NCBI GenBank assembly: GCA_030770535.1
Contig: JASVEC010000002.1
Span: forward strand, 1,674,001-1,738,000
Reading direction: 5' to 3'
Source: Batkoa obscura
Lineage: Eukaryota
Length of the DNA stretch: 64,000 bases
Shown here: positions 13,903-27,228 of the stretch, one piece after another
Layout: the number at the start of each line of letters is the position of its first letter
How positions within the stretch are numbered: position 1 is the first letter of the stretch
Notes under the pieces: generated by a model
Database searches by the model: none
Told to the model about the DNA's origin: nothing
Seen by the model: the letters and a program-made list of their open reading frames with translations, nothing else
Program-made: the position numbers and the translations under genes

Positions 13903-15531
13903 ATGATAACTACCGATAGTATTACCACTCCGACTATTTCAAATGAGAATTTATCTTTACTACAAAAGTATATACCAATTATTCACTGGCTACCAAAGTA
14001 TCAATGGAAAACGGATTTATTACAAGATTTTTTCGCTGGTATAGGTAATCAATAGCAGTTCCATTTCATCTAGTCTGATGACTAACCTAATCTATTAGCC
14101 TTATTAGCTGTAGTTATCCCTCAAAATATGGCTTATTCTAGTTTAGCAGGTAAGTTTTATATTTTATTGAAGCTAAAACATAAAAAATAAAAACATTCAA
14201 TTTTAATCCCTAATTTCTTAGGCCTTCCACCATACTACGGATTATACACTTGTTTAATGCCTGTTTTAATCTATATTATATTCGGTTCAGGTTCCTTTAC
14301 TGCAGTTGGAACCTTTTCATTAATAGCTATCATGGTAAAACAAGGTTCTGATATCATTTATCAAAATATCCATAATATACCCATTGAAAATATAGCAGTA
14401 GATGATACATATATGGAAATTATATTTGCATTAACATTTTGGGTTGGATTATTACAATTCTTTATGGGGATATTAGGTGTAGGTAAATTTATTACGAAAT
14501 ATCTCTTACCTACCCCAGCTATCAAAGGTTTTATTACTGCTTCTTCATTAACTATTATTACGACTCAATTGTCACCTGCACTTGGATTTAGTATTCCTAA
14601 ATTAGATCTCCCATTTCCAGTATTTTTTAAATGGTTTTATGCTGTGACTCATTATCAAGAAACTAATTTATTCACTTTTTCATTAGCTTTGGGATCTATT
14701 TTAGTTATACTTTTAGTACGCCAATTGAATTCTAAATTAGAACAAAGAGTGGGAAATAATCTAGAACTAACCCCTTTATTAAATTCAAATAATACTACAA
14801 GAAGGACAAAATCCATTAATTTACCAGATATATTAATAATAGTTATATTATCTACATTAATTGTGAAAACTTTACGATTAGATATCATAGGCCAAGTCCC
14901 CATTGTTGGTACGATACCAAAAGGTTTACCCAATTTTCAAATGTTAAATTTAAGTTATATTACCAATCCAGCCTATATCATACATTTTCTATCCCCAGCA
15001 TTAACAATTGCAGGTACTGGTTATGTAATCACAATCTCTGCAAGTAAAGCTTATCAGTCAGAAGGTTATTCTAAATTATCTGAAGATCAAGAGTTGATCG
15101 CTATAGGTATATCCAGTATGATTGGTAGCTTCTTTAATGCTTATGCTAATTGTGGATCTTTGTCAAGAACTGCAGTAATGGTAAGGGGTAATGCCAAATC
15201 TCAATTAGCTCAATTAATCACTACTATGCTATTATCAATTACTATGCTTTATTTTACACCTTTATTTTATTACCTACCAAAAGCTTGTTTAGCTGCTATT
15301 GTATTAATTGCTTGTCAAGCTCTGTTAAAAGACTTGTTAGATTTTCCTCAAAGATTAAGGAATCAATTTACAATGGATGGGAATAACGGTGGAGAAAGTT
15401 TAATTGATTTCGCTATGTGGTTGGCAATGACTTTATCCGCTTTAGCCCTTGATCTTCAAAGAGGTTTGATTTGGGGCATTGGTATTGTTGTTTTGTTACA
15501 ATTGATTCCTCAAAGATTTTTAGAACGCTAA
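13903..15531 (+). CDS. SulP/SLC26 sulfate (anion) permease without STAS domain, 3 exons
   Basis: PIIHWLPKY...DFFAG, IPQNMAYSSLAGLPPYYGLY, QELIAIG, GSLSRTAV, PLFYYLPKACLAAIV are SulP signatures. Confidence 0.88.
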
Positions 15532-15743
15532 TTAAATAGTGAATGTAGTTAGCTAATGTAGTAACCTCAAAATTTAAATAAAAGAACTATATAAAATTGT
15601 ACTAATATCAAAAATAAATATTTATATTTTAATTTATTTCTAAAAAAGTTGCTTAAAAAACTGTTTCATCTGCTATTACTTCGCTTGTAAAAGAATCACC
15701 TCATAGTTGAATTGAAAATCTCTTCTGTCATTCTTTATCTTTA

Positions 15744-16514
15744 TTATTCTACTTTTTTCTTTTTATTGGTTAATTCCATTATCTCTTCTTCCGATGAGTC
15801 ACTCAAATCATCATCAAACACAGTATTGTTCCTTTTTTCTACCTTTTTATTACCATTATTTAAATCCTTTGCCTTTAGTACGGATAATTTCATATTACTT
15901 TTAATCTCCTCACTTTCCTTTAAATATTTATGGTCATCAAATAAAGCCTTTTGGACATTTTTACCCTTCAATCCTTTTTCAATTTTCTTCTTTAATTTTT
16001 CCTTTCTTTCTTTATCCCTCTCTTTTTGAAGTTCAATATGTTCAATTAGTCTAAAAATAAGCTATTAGTATCTTGATTTGTATGATTTAAATATTTTAAC
16101 TTACTTCCTAGCCCTTCTAACCGTCTTTAATCTTCTACCGTTTAAATCCCTACACGCATCATTATTTGAAGGAACCTTTGAATTCATTCTACCACCCTGT
16201 GCTCTAAGCATTGAACCAAAACCACCTTTACCACCGCGTAATCTAATACTTCCTAAAACTGGAGCTCTCAAATCAAACCTCTTACTAAGTTCTGAAAGTG
16301 GTTTATCGTGATATGTATCATAGGATAAAAGTGTGTTGTTTATAGTAAAATAAAGGGATAATAAACGTAGTTCTTCGGACATGGAAGTGAGTATTGAGTT
16401 ATCAACTAACCACTTTAAAGTGGAAGTTGAGGCACCAGTGGGGAGGGAAATGAAATTCGTTTTTTGATTAAATGATAATTGAATTTGTGCTGGTAATTGT
16501 GCTATTGCAGTCAT
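15744..16514 (-). CDS. SDE2: SDE2 ubiquitin-fold splicing / replication-stress factor, 2 exons
   Basis: [19 protein letters not shown]...[16 protein letters not shown] signature with the GG/KGG cleavage site; intron about 16104-16051. Confidence 0.9.
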
Positions 16515-16809
16515 GTTGGATGTTGCTTTTTTATTAGTGAATAAAGAGTGTTAAATTGAAATTTTAGCTTGGAAGCATAAATTGAAAATTACTAACTAAA
16601 ATGATTGGCTAAAGATGAGTTTTAATTAAGCTTCTAAAAACATAAATTTAGAATGGTTGAGTAATTAAAGCTGGTGAGAAAGAGAATAGCAATGGTTATG
16701 GTTAAGAACTGCAGGACTAATTTAAATCACCATAATTTTGAAGTTCTAAATATTTAATAAAAATATACATTAAATCAAGTAAACAAATATCCTTAAATTC
16801 TTAGTATAT

Positions 16810-16907
16810 GGTGATGTATTTTTGTGTTTAAAGATTTTGCTAACAACTTTTTCACTCAAATAGTGCTTAAAAGATGGAAAAAGTGATGAAGCCAAAAAAA
16901 CACCCCT
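16810..16907 (+). mobile_element. MITE family A copy
   Basis: GGTGATGTATTTTTG...AAAAAAACACCCCT, flanked ATAT/ATGT. Confidence 0.8.
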
Positions 16908-17155
16908 ATGTTATTAATGCATTTTATACTCCTATATGTATACTATCAATCAGTATCAGTACCTATAAATTTATATACAATAAATCCTACTTTTTAATAA
17001 AAACAAGTCATAATATATATCAATTATCACAGAAGTATGGAATGTCTTCTCGATATAACCTTGATGAAAATTTAAAAACAAACTATCGCATATATCCAAC
17101 TGATACCCCCCCTTCCTCTTAAGAGAGAGGAAGAAGAAGTATCACTACTTTTATG

Positions 17156-17229
17156 TGTTTCCGTCCAGGTTCGAATTGGAGACCTCCTACGTGTTAGGCA
17201 GGTGTGATAACCAACTACACCACCGAAAC
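17156..17229 (-). tRNA. tRNA-Val(AAC), possibly degenerate
   Basis: Reverse complement GTTTCGGTGGTGTAGTTGGTTATCACACCTGCCT-AAC-ACGTAGGAGGTCTCCAATTCGAACCTGGACGGAAACA folds as a cloverleaf; G:G mismatch in acceptor stem and A53:C61 in T stem. Confidence 0.85.
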
Positions 17230-19466
17230 TCGCTTATATGCTAGTCTAAAGGTACATTTGTAAATAAAAAAATTATGTTTGATTGATTCGAATTTTTGCT
17301 TAAGTAGGGCCAAGTTCAAGTCTAACTTATATAAGATTTTGGTCCAATTTAGGTGATTTCAATGTTGTTAGATCTTACTTTATCTTAATATTATTTTAGA
17401 ACTAAATCCCTTATTATTTATGACTATAAATAAAAGCTAAAGCTAAAGCTACAAAATTTATCTAAGGTAAAGTCATTTATATAAAAGATATTTTAGCATA
17501 TTTATACTACTCGAATTACTTTTAATAGTAATTATGTTGTTATAATAATACAAAAAGGAATAAATGATTAACACAGTAATAATGCTTATAATGTTAATTC
17601 ATACTATTGTTACAACAAAGGATATTAACACATCTACAACAAAGAGTTAATTGAAAGATAGTCATGTAAGTAATTAAAAAACTCTAATCCAAATTTTTAC
17701 TTGATCTTTACTATGGTTTTATTCTGATTGAAATTTTTTAGAATGAGGTAGACTCACTATTGACGCTCAAAAAGTTAAGACAATAAAGCTAACTGTTATT
17801 TTAATAATAGATAATGTTGAGCATTTTTACGTAAGTATTTTTCAGTAGTATTTTGTACTATTCTATTCAATCTTGCTGATGCTATTAACCAAAGATCAAT
17901 AAAATGAAGTTCTCTATTTTTTAGGATTCATTTTATAGCTTTAATTTTAAAAATATACCTTGTCACATTACTTGATCATCAACCTTACTGTGTAGCATCA
18001 TCCGTTACTACCACAAAACTTATGAAATTGATCTTAATATTAAAATAAAAATCTTACTAAACTCATTTAATAAAAGTAATAGAATCTATCAATGTTATCT
18101 CTGCATTCCTCGTCCCTGATTTTTTTGGCCAAGAACCAATTTTTGATAATACATTATGCTATTTTAAGGCAATAATAGTTCATCATTATTACTATTTTAT
18201 AATATCTTATTAAAGTAATGACTCAATTTAGTTATGAATGTTGATCGTTTTTTTATACAGACTATGATTATCCATTTAAGATTTCGGCTTTTATAATTAG
18301 ATTAATGGTGCTTTAAAAAATGAGGTAGTTTCATTCAAGTATAGGTGGTAATTGGTGGGGTATTTGAGTCTGATGGAGGTGAAATATGTACTTTGAAGGA
18401 TAAATAGATAGCTAATTAATTTCTAATTATTTCAAAAGAATGTTAAAAATATAACGATCTGTAGCTATTAAACAATATAAGAGAAGCTCAAGCTTATAAT
18501 ATAAGACAAGCTGTACTCAACAAATGATTAGTATCCAAATTTACCATAGAAATTTCTAAAAATAAAAACAAAAATATTAAGTCGGCTTAATGTGGCATAT
18601 TAATAGAATATTTGTTAAATAGAACTAAAAATAAGTTTCTAAAGTATAATATCTTCTATAGTATTTGAGTTCTAATTAAATTTATTCGCTTAATTCGAAA
18701 TTAATAAAGATCACAGTGGTCATTATTTTTTGATATTTTTCAAGTTTTCCGCTTTTGATTCATTTAGTATTATTTGGGGTTAAAATTCAAGTTTAAAAAA
18801 AGGATTTGATTTTAAGAAAAGTTCATATTAAGGGGGGAAATAGAATATTAAAAATTATGGGGAAAAAAAGAGGTAGTTATATCATAGTATGATAGAATAA
18901 ATAATAGTTTGATTTTTTTAACTCTTGTGTTAGATGCTTTATAACTAAGTATATTTTTACTTATAGAGTTACCTTGACTTCTACAAATCGTACCATCTTA
19001 TCTAGCTACTATTTTATTTTATATAGTAAAAATTAAGGATACAATTATCTTCAATGCCAAGAAAGGCAATTAAATGAACCCAACTAATGAAACGTGGGAA
19101 ATCAAATTTTAAATTATAAAACTTGAAAGACAAAATTAGAATCAAGTGCCTGTGTTTTTAACTTCTTAAAGTAAAGCTTATTTTTTTATTAAAAAATAGT
19201 ATGATGTTATTGAGATTTTATTTAATAAACAATTTCATTATCGTTCAGTTTTAGTTGATTTTATAAAATCATTATTTGAATGATCTATTAAATTTAAACA
19301 TACGTTTTAACTTTTATTTAAAATTTTCAACCATCTTACGATTAAGTTGTGTTATAAGAAACATCAAGCTTTAATTGGTTAAAATTTATTTCAACTTCAA
19401 ATATATAAAGGACAAAAGAAAGTAAGTTTAAATTTAAATTTAAATTCTATTTTATTTTATTTTTTA

Positions 19467-20144
19467 ATGTTTAGTTATTTAAAAGAGATCAAAAATCAAC
19501 ATCAGCCGGATTATCATGGACATAATATTAACGAAAAAAAGTTTAAGAGGAAGTTGAGCTATAATTCACAAGCTCATTTAAACAATTACATAATTAAAGA
19601 CTTGACCACAAGTAGCATTTATGTTTATAAACCTATGGTAGCGCCAATACAACAATTTAAAATCGTTAGTAGTATAGACAATAAAAAAGAGAAACTCTAT
19701 TCAATCTATTCTAATGAAAAAAGGATCTTATTTAATTTGCATTTTTATAATAAAAAATATGCTATTTTAACTGATACATATCAGCTACCTTTAGGTAAAA
19801 TACAAAACAAAAGTTTTTTTCGTAGGAAAAGTTTTAAAGTCATGTTAGCTATACCAGAATTAACTTTTTGTAATTTGAGAATTCAAATATTACCAACTTT
19901 ATTTAAACGCAATACTCCATTTAAGTTATGTATTAAAAACTTGGATGATAAACAAGAAATGATTTACTATTGGACTTATAAACAAAATCAATGGAATTTA
20001 ATATGCTCTAAGCAACCAGAGTTTATATTAGCTAGTTATGATTTCTCAGTTGATAATACAGTCAATTTTTATTATTCCCTTCCCAATGAACTTACAACCT
20101 TATTTTTGTTCTCCTCCTCATTTTTATTGTTTAGAAAGAAATAA
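19467..20144 (+). CDS. Hypothetical protein (225 aa), possibly tubby-C/LURP1-like fold
   Basis: Intact ORF with TATATAA about 65 bp upstream; beta-rich pattern, YYW...WNL...LASY and a hydrophobic C-terminal helix; the fold call is a guess. Confidence 0.55.
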   Translation: MFSYLKEIKNQHQPDYHGHNINEKKFKRKLSYNSQAHLNNYIIKDLTTSSIYVYKPMVAPIQQFKIVSSIDNKKEKLYSIYSNEKRILFNLHFYNKKYAILTDTYQLPLGKIQNKSFFRRKSFKVMLAIPELTFCNLRIQILPTLFKRNTPFKLCIKNLDDKQEMIYYWTYKQNQWNLICSKQPEFILASYDFSVDNTVNFYYSLPNELTTLFLFSSSFLLFRKK

Positions 20145-21526
20145 GCTTATGTTTTTTTCCACTCCTTTCTTTATTTAATCTCCTTTCTTCTCTTTATACT
20201 TCATCTTCTTCATTTCTTTTTTAATAAAAAGTTGATTCTTTTACCACTATTTCATAAATTATTTGATTTACTTTTTCTTTCTCCCATGTAATATAGTTCT
20301 TGGCCTATTTTTTTAATCATGATTTTGATTACTTTTTATGGCTTAGTTGAATTACAGTTTAATATATCTTCTAAGTACCTTTCAACCAACATTTAGAAAT
20401 CCTTAATTAACCTTATTATTACACTTACTTTAATAAATAACCTTATTTTCTATTATTCAATTTGGCTAAATTATTGTTAGAGTAGTTAATTAGTCGTGTT
20501 ATTATTCTTCCTTTTCTATAATAAGTTTTATTAATTTATGATTGTAATTTTTATTTTCTTTTATTTCACACTCAACTATACGGTTGGTTGATGGGTACTA
20601 ATTTATTAAATGAAATAGCATTTACTACATATAAATGTATAGTCATTAAAACGGGCAAAAAGTATACGTTTAAATACATAAAAAATTCAGTTGTATGTTG
20701 GTTGGTGGGTACTATTGTTTATTTTATTTAAAAAAAGAAATAGCATTTACTGTATATATCAGTATAAACATTATGATAATTCAACCTTATATAAATAAAT
20801 GAAGAGCATAAAGATACATATATAACATTATTAAAATAAATCAAAATAAATCAAAATATATAATTAGTTTAAAGTGCTTACCAAAATAAATCATTTATCA
20901 ACATAAAGAGAATATATTTTATTTATAATAAGCAAAAATAAACAAACACAAATACTTCAACTATAACAACTTAGTTTGACCAGTCAATAAACCCAGTGGA
21001 TCTTGTATACATATTAAGGAATAAAGCTCAACTTTATTATTTTTTATTCAAGTTTCTTAATAACTTTACTTTTAAAAAAGTTATTAATATTAAAATTACT
21101 ACTATTGATATATAAAGTGGTATGATTTCTTATACACTTAGAAAACAACTACGATTATCACTACGAATCTAAATATAAAACATAAAAGATTTAAGTTACA
21201 TAGCAACAAAAACTAAATATTACTATCATTTAAAATCGAAACTTAAAAATATGAGAATGTTTTTTATCAATTACCCTTTTTTACACTTTTTTAATTTAGG
21301 AATTAGATCAATCCAATCGTCTAAGTTCAAATATGCACCGATTAGTGATAAATTTCACAATTGGTTATTTGTATTATTGTGCTAGCTTGTCACTTATGCT
21401 TAATTTTTATTTTAGTAGTTAGCTAGCACAATTCCTTTGAACAAACTGTACTGATTAAAGCTCCTTAGATTTTAAAAAAGTAACAAATTGTTAAAAATAT
21501 TTTCACCTTAACGTGAAAAAGGATAA

Positions 21527-21599
21527 AGCCCAACGCGGGGGTCGAACCCGCAACCTTGAGATTAAGAGTCTCACGCTCTGCCGATTGAGCTAGCCAGGC
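21527..21599 (-). tRNA. tRNA-Lys(CTT)
   Basis: Reverse complement GCCTGGCTAGCTCAATCGGCAGAGCGTGAGACT-CTT-AATCTCAAGGTTGCGGGTTCGACCCCCGCGTTGGGCT, canonical cloverleaf with a T-run just downstream. Confidence 0.97.
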
Positions 21600-22147
21600 A
21601 ATTTATTGTTAACAATATGTACAATAAACTATAAAATACTAATATTTTCGTTGATTGAGTGACTGTTAAAAATCATACAGTGTCATTTTACCTATAAAAA
21701 TTATAATGGTACACTTAGCTAATAATCAATAATCAAATGTCTATTATATAATTTGTTAATGATATAATATTTTTATTTAATGTAAATATGAGCATAACAA
21801 AAGTACTGAACTTCTAAATTTTAATTGGTATATTAAATAACTAAATTTAACCAAATTCAATTTTATATTCTTTGTGCTTTAGTTATAAACTAATTTACTA
21901 ATTTAACTTGGTGTCTTTGTTAAATATATTTATTACTCAAATTTGAAGTAGAGAATAATGGGGCAAAAAATTATTTCACTTGAAGCATTCTATATAGCAA
22001 CATCATGAAAACAATTAAAATTAATACATACTACTATCCTATTAAATGAAAATGATGTTGATTGAGATAATCTAAAACCATAGAATAGACTTACCATATT
22101 CATAATAAAAAGCAAACAAGATACTTTCTCATCTATTTAATAACAAT

Positions 22148-23123
22148 TTAATCAATAATTTGAGGAGCATTATGTCGGTAAGCAAAATATTGACCAAAGA
22201 TCTGATAAATGTTAGTAAAGATTTCAAAAACTAATTAAAAACTAAAAATACTATAAAGTCAAAAATAAAAGGTAAGGCGGCACCAACAAGCCATGGTAAA
22301 TTAAGTAACAAATATTTTTTTGATTGATCAAATATAACAATCGACTAAAAAATATTAAGATGAAAAAATAAATTATGGAAATAGTCATGATTACCAAAAT
22401 ATAAGTCAAATTTCCCATACAGCAAAAGAAAAACATAAGCATGGATAAACCTTCGGTTGATTTACGTTTAAAATTATGATAGATTTGTGGTATTTTAGCT
22501 AAGCAGAACAAAAAGGCAGAAATCCAGCCGCAAGCTTGTGCCCACCAAACGACTTCCATTTCACTTTCTATACCAATTTCCTTATTGGAGCCCATGAATA
22601 ATAGGACTAAAAATACAATTGGGAGTATACATTTAAACTTGGTAGTTGTTGGAGTTATAATGGTATGTGAACTTGGTGATTGATGTTCATGAATGGAATT
22701 ATAAGAAAAAGAACCAACTAAAGATTCATTATTATCAGTGGTATTAATTAAAATTGGTGTAGTCTCTATAATATTTTCTTGTTGAATAACATTGTTATGT
22801 GACTCAATTAATTTATCATTATAACTATAATAAGCAATTTGTCCAAGGAGGAAGACATCACTAAATATAAAGTATATAGGTAGCAAAACAACAGTTAAGA
22901 TTAAATGCTGATAAATAGATCCAATAAGGTTGAAAACGTCACCTAAAGACCAAAACAAAATAAAATAAAAGGATAGTGAAGCAGCGGACTTATTCTTATA
23001 ATTCTCATAAATTTGAGGTAAAAAAACAACAATCCAACAAAAGATTGATAGATAACCAAAGCTTAGAGATAATAATAAGTTGGCTTGCGGGGCAATTACT
23101 AGATGTAAAGTTCTTATTAGCAT
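22148..23123 (-). CDS. PQ-loop vacuolar cationic amino acid transporter (YPQ1/RTC2/PQLC2 family), 3 exons
   Basis: Two PQ motifs (FLPQIYENYKNKS, KIPQIYHNFKRKSTEGLS); spliced tail NLPWLVGAALPFIFDFI/IFGQYFAYRH; start codon inferred. Confidence 0.88.
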
Positions 23124-23574
23124 TGATATAAAGAATGAGTAAGGAAAAAACAAATTTTTTAATTTAATGCTTGAGAAATTTTGTCATGCAATTTCATCAC
23201 TTTCTCCAATCACATTTGAATTCTCGAGTGGCATTAAACCTGTTCTATTTCTACTTATTTATTAAATCAACACGTTATATTAGAAAGATGCTTGATTAAT
23301 TAAAATTTATATTACTCATTAGTCATTCAATTTATTTATCATTTTTCATATATTAAACGTTATTTAATAAACTTACATTTTGTATATTTTAAACAATAGC
23401 TATATCAATTTATAGTAAATAGAAATCTGGCATAATATTTTAAAACATGAGTATAAAAGGATAGTGCATAAAATAGGCAAAAATTCAAACCTGTAAAATG
23501 ATGGAGCATAATTTAGAACATTAAAAATCCAGGCAAATCTAAGCTCGCTTTTTGAATGTCCAATGATAAAGGTT

Positions 23575-23650
23575 AGAGGGGGAGGAAATGATTCACCAAT
23601 CAGATGACTGATTTAGATTATAGTTTCATTGATTGGGCCGGGTTGACCAA
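23575..23650. promoter_or_regulatory. GC-enriched, CCAAT-box-containing region between divergent PQ-loop and Ras genes
   Basis: CCAATCAG at about 23596 and GATTGG at about 23631, plus CCAAT at about 23559, in an otherwise AT-rich background. Confidence 0.4.
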
Positions 23651-23711
23651 AGTAGATAAAAATGATAAAATGGGGAAAACATTATAAGTTCCATCTTTTT
23701 CAAAAGTGATA

Positions 23712-24519
<808 letters not shown>

Positions 24520-25854
24520 TTTTTTTAAGCTTTGCAAGCACTTGATTTAACTAAAAACCACGATATTGATTAATCAATAACTCTTTCCACTCTTCCTCTT
24601 TTTATATCTAGTCACCTAATTCTTAATATTAATTTTATATCATCAACCTTTATGTTTTTTGGATTTCTTTTGTTTTTTATTTTGAGTTCGAAACAGTTCA
24701 ATATACACTTTTGTTAGTTTTATTTTTATATCTCTTTAATACATAATTATATGCTTCAATTTAGGTGTTTTATTAGAAAAGTGGTAATAGTTTTTTAAAA
24801 TTAAGAAAATATTTTGTTTTGAAGCTGATATAATTCTTTCAATTTAATTATATAGATGATCTTATTTTTACAACTCTTTACATTACTAATCAAAAATAGG
24901 TATTGCCATCTTAGACTTTCAAAGTCTAAGTATTTAATTAAATTAATTTAATAGAATCAGGAGTAAATACGTAAAAAAAAGTTGAGATATAACAAATATA
25001 CTATTTCACCAATCATGATTTACTATAGTTCATGAAAATTTCAAATATTTTTGGATATGCTAAAGTGATTACTAATTTTATTTGATAAAGAAAATATCAT
25101 TAATTATTACTAAAGTCATAATGGCTAACAGTATTTTTTTTATGCTCATGAAGAAGCTATTGCTTCCCAATGATTTATTTATTAGAGCAAAAAAAACAAA
25201 GGGAGGAACTGAGGAGAGAAAGAGGATGTTACGATCCTTCTTAGTCTTACTAAGTCTTACCGCTACAAAATCGAAATCATCCTTCCAAGCTATTTGTCAC
25301 TCAATAAAAAAGGGATAAAAAGTAAGATTTATTGACTCTAGCAATATCAAATTTTAAAAAAAATTAAAAAAATTAAGACAGATATATTTTTATAATCTTT
25401 AAATATTCTTTAGTGTTATTAAGGAAGTATTTAATTATATAATATTAAAAGGATTACATAATGTTAATTTTGAAAATTATAGATTGCATATGATTAAGGC
25501 AAAAAAATGCCATTATTGCGTAATATTGAAAATAGTAAAATAACTCCCACCATGTTAGTTCTTATAATGCTTTGTTATAATATTACTAGGTCTTTTTTAA
25601 AATAACGATTCTTTCTTTAAATTTACACATTGAAGGATTTTGAGCACATTATTAGAATGAGTATTTTAGTATTGTATACAAAATTATAAAAAACGTTTTT
25701 TCAAATATGCAATATTCTTCAAACATTTTCTAGGTTCTTATAAATTTCTAGAGAATAATTACTTAATATTTGGAATAAATATAACCTTAATTTGAATACA
25801 TAGAACTTTTGTAGTCATATAAAAAAAAAATTCTTTTTAAAACTTATCTAAATA

Positions 25855-27228
25855 ATGAGTTCAAAATTTGACACTTTACCAGATATATTGTTGGAAGAGA
25901 TATTCAAATTAATCAGCCCAATAAAATTATTTGAATATCGTTTATTGAATAAAACTTTATATAGAGTCATCAATCATAGTATTGAGTATAACTTAATTCA
26001 CTCAGTTTATAGTAATACATATGAAAATTATCAGCAAGCATTTATCAAAGAAAAAGGATCAATGGTAAGCCATTTAAACTTAAATGAAGACAACATTGAG
26101 TTAATTAATTATTGTCTAAATGCACGTTCAATAACTTTTGTTAATAATCATACCAATAATCTTGAAATTGGCAGATTAACAGTGGGTCTCCCATATTTAA
26201 AATCAATTGCTATACTAATTTTCGAAGACAATCAACTATGTTTGAACCTTTTTGAGTCTTACTTACTACAAATTGAAACCTTTACAATCAGCTATTATAA
26301 AGGAAGTATCGAAACTCTAATTGGGTACTTGAGTCCATTAAATTTGAAGCGTATTAAGCTATATAATTATTATTGTAGGAGTATTGTAGGATTAGATCAG
26401 CTTAAAGTAAAGTTTGGTAATTTAAAATTATTAAAAATATCAGGTTACATTCATTGTGTATCTAGTAATAGTAACCCCAACATTAATTTTAATCAAGACT
26501 TGAATCTAGTATTGAAATGTAATTTAGATCCTGATTTCAATATTAGTTGTTTTGGTGATTTGAAGGTATTAAAAAGCGCAAAGTTAATTACTTACACTTC
26601 CAAAATAAACGAGTGTAATTTTGAAGCAATCAAGCATAGCAATATCCATACTTTAAGTTTAGGTGAATCGGATATATTAAGTAAAAAGGATTTTACAGCA
26701 CTTTATACTCTGAAATCGATATATTATTACGATAAAGTATCAAAAGACATAATAAGATTACTTTCCTTAATGTTAAATGTCACTAGGGTTGTTTTTTATA
26801 GAGTAGATTTCAGCAATGATAAATTTATACTTAATGAATTTGGCCTTAACAATAGTAAGCTAAGTAATAGTGAATACTATAAACAGCCAGTCAATCAAAC
26901 TAACTTAATTCAGTGCAAGTCGATTACAAAAATAAAAATTCAGTTTCTTACCTCTTCGCTTCAAAATTTATTTTATTTCCTTGTGTTGTTTCCAAATGTT
27001 AATAAACTTAGGATAAGTGATGATTTTCAAATTTTAGAAATTGGAGAAGAAATTAGAGATAAGCCCAATAAACCTTTATATTTCACATTTCGCGACTATC
27101 TTGGCTATTTACCACATAACGTTGAGCTTTTTTATAGTAGATTAAATTCAATAGCAATGCTGACTTGGTTTAATCTTGATACTGTTGATGAAGGGATAGA
27201 GCCGTATCGAGGTAATAAATATGATTAA
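25855..27228 (+). CDS. F-box protein with degenerate LRR-like region, intronless
   Basis: N-terminal FDTLPDILLEEIFKLI...YRLLNKTLY F-box pattern, followed by recurring LxxLxI segments (LPYLKSIAI, FGNLKLLKI, FPNVNKLRI). Confidence 0.7.
   Translation: MSSKFDTLPDILLEEIFKLISPIKLFEYRLLNKTLYRVINHSIEYNLIHSVYSNTYENYQQAFIKEKGSMVSHLNLNEDNIELINYCLNARSITFVNNHTNNLEIGRLTVGLPYLKSIAILIFEDNQLCLNLFESYLLQIETFTISYYKGSIETLIGYLSPLNLKRIKLYNYYCRSIVGLDQLKVKFGNLKLLKISGYIHCVSSNSNPNINFNQDLNLVLKCNLDPDFNISCFGDLKVLKSAKLITYTSKINECNFEAIKHSNIHTLSLGESDILSKKDFTALYTLKSIYYYDKVSKDIIRLLSLMLNVTRVVFYRVDFSNDKFILNEFGLNNSKLSNSEYYKQPVNQTNLIQCKSITKIKIQFLTSSLQNLFYFLVLFPNVNKLRISDDFQILEIGEEIRDKPNKPLYFTFRDYLGYLPHNVELFYSRLNSIAMLTWFNLDTVDEGIEPYRGNKYD

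Noticed and set aside
2549..15531. Zn2Cys6 factor, P450 and transporter as a secondary-metabolite cluster
   Set aside because: No backbone enzyme (PKS, NRPS or terpene synthase) and the genes are separated by SKI2 and a Utp12-like gene
15744..16514. Short SDE2 lacking a C-terminal SAP region
   Set aside because: Short forms are known in fungi (fission yeast Sde2), so this is not unusual
16874..17122. 82-aa ORF (also 35141-35332)
   Set aside because: Starts inside a MITE copy; no protein-like features
17640..18400. Possible decayed 7TM/GPCR-like gene (fragments such as TLLCSIIRYY, intron-like gtaagt...ttag)
   Set aside because: Multiple stops and no reconstructable frame; would need tBLASTn or HMM support
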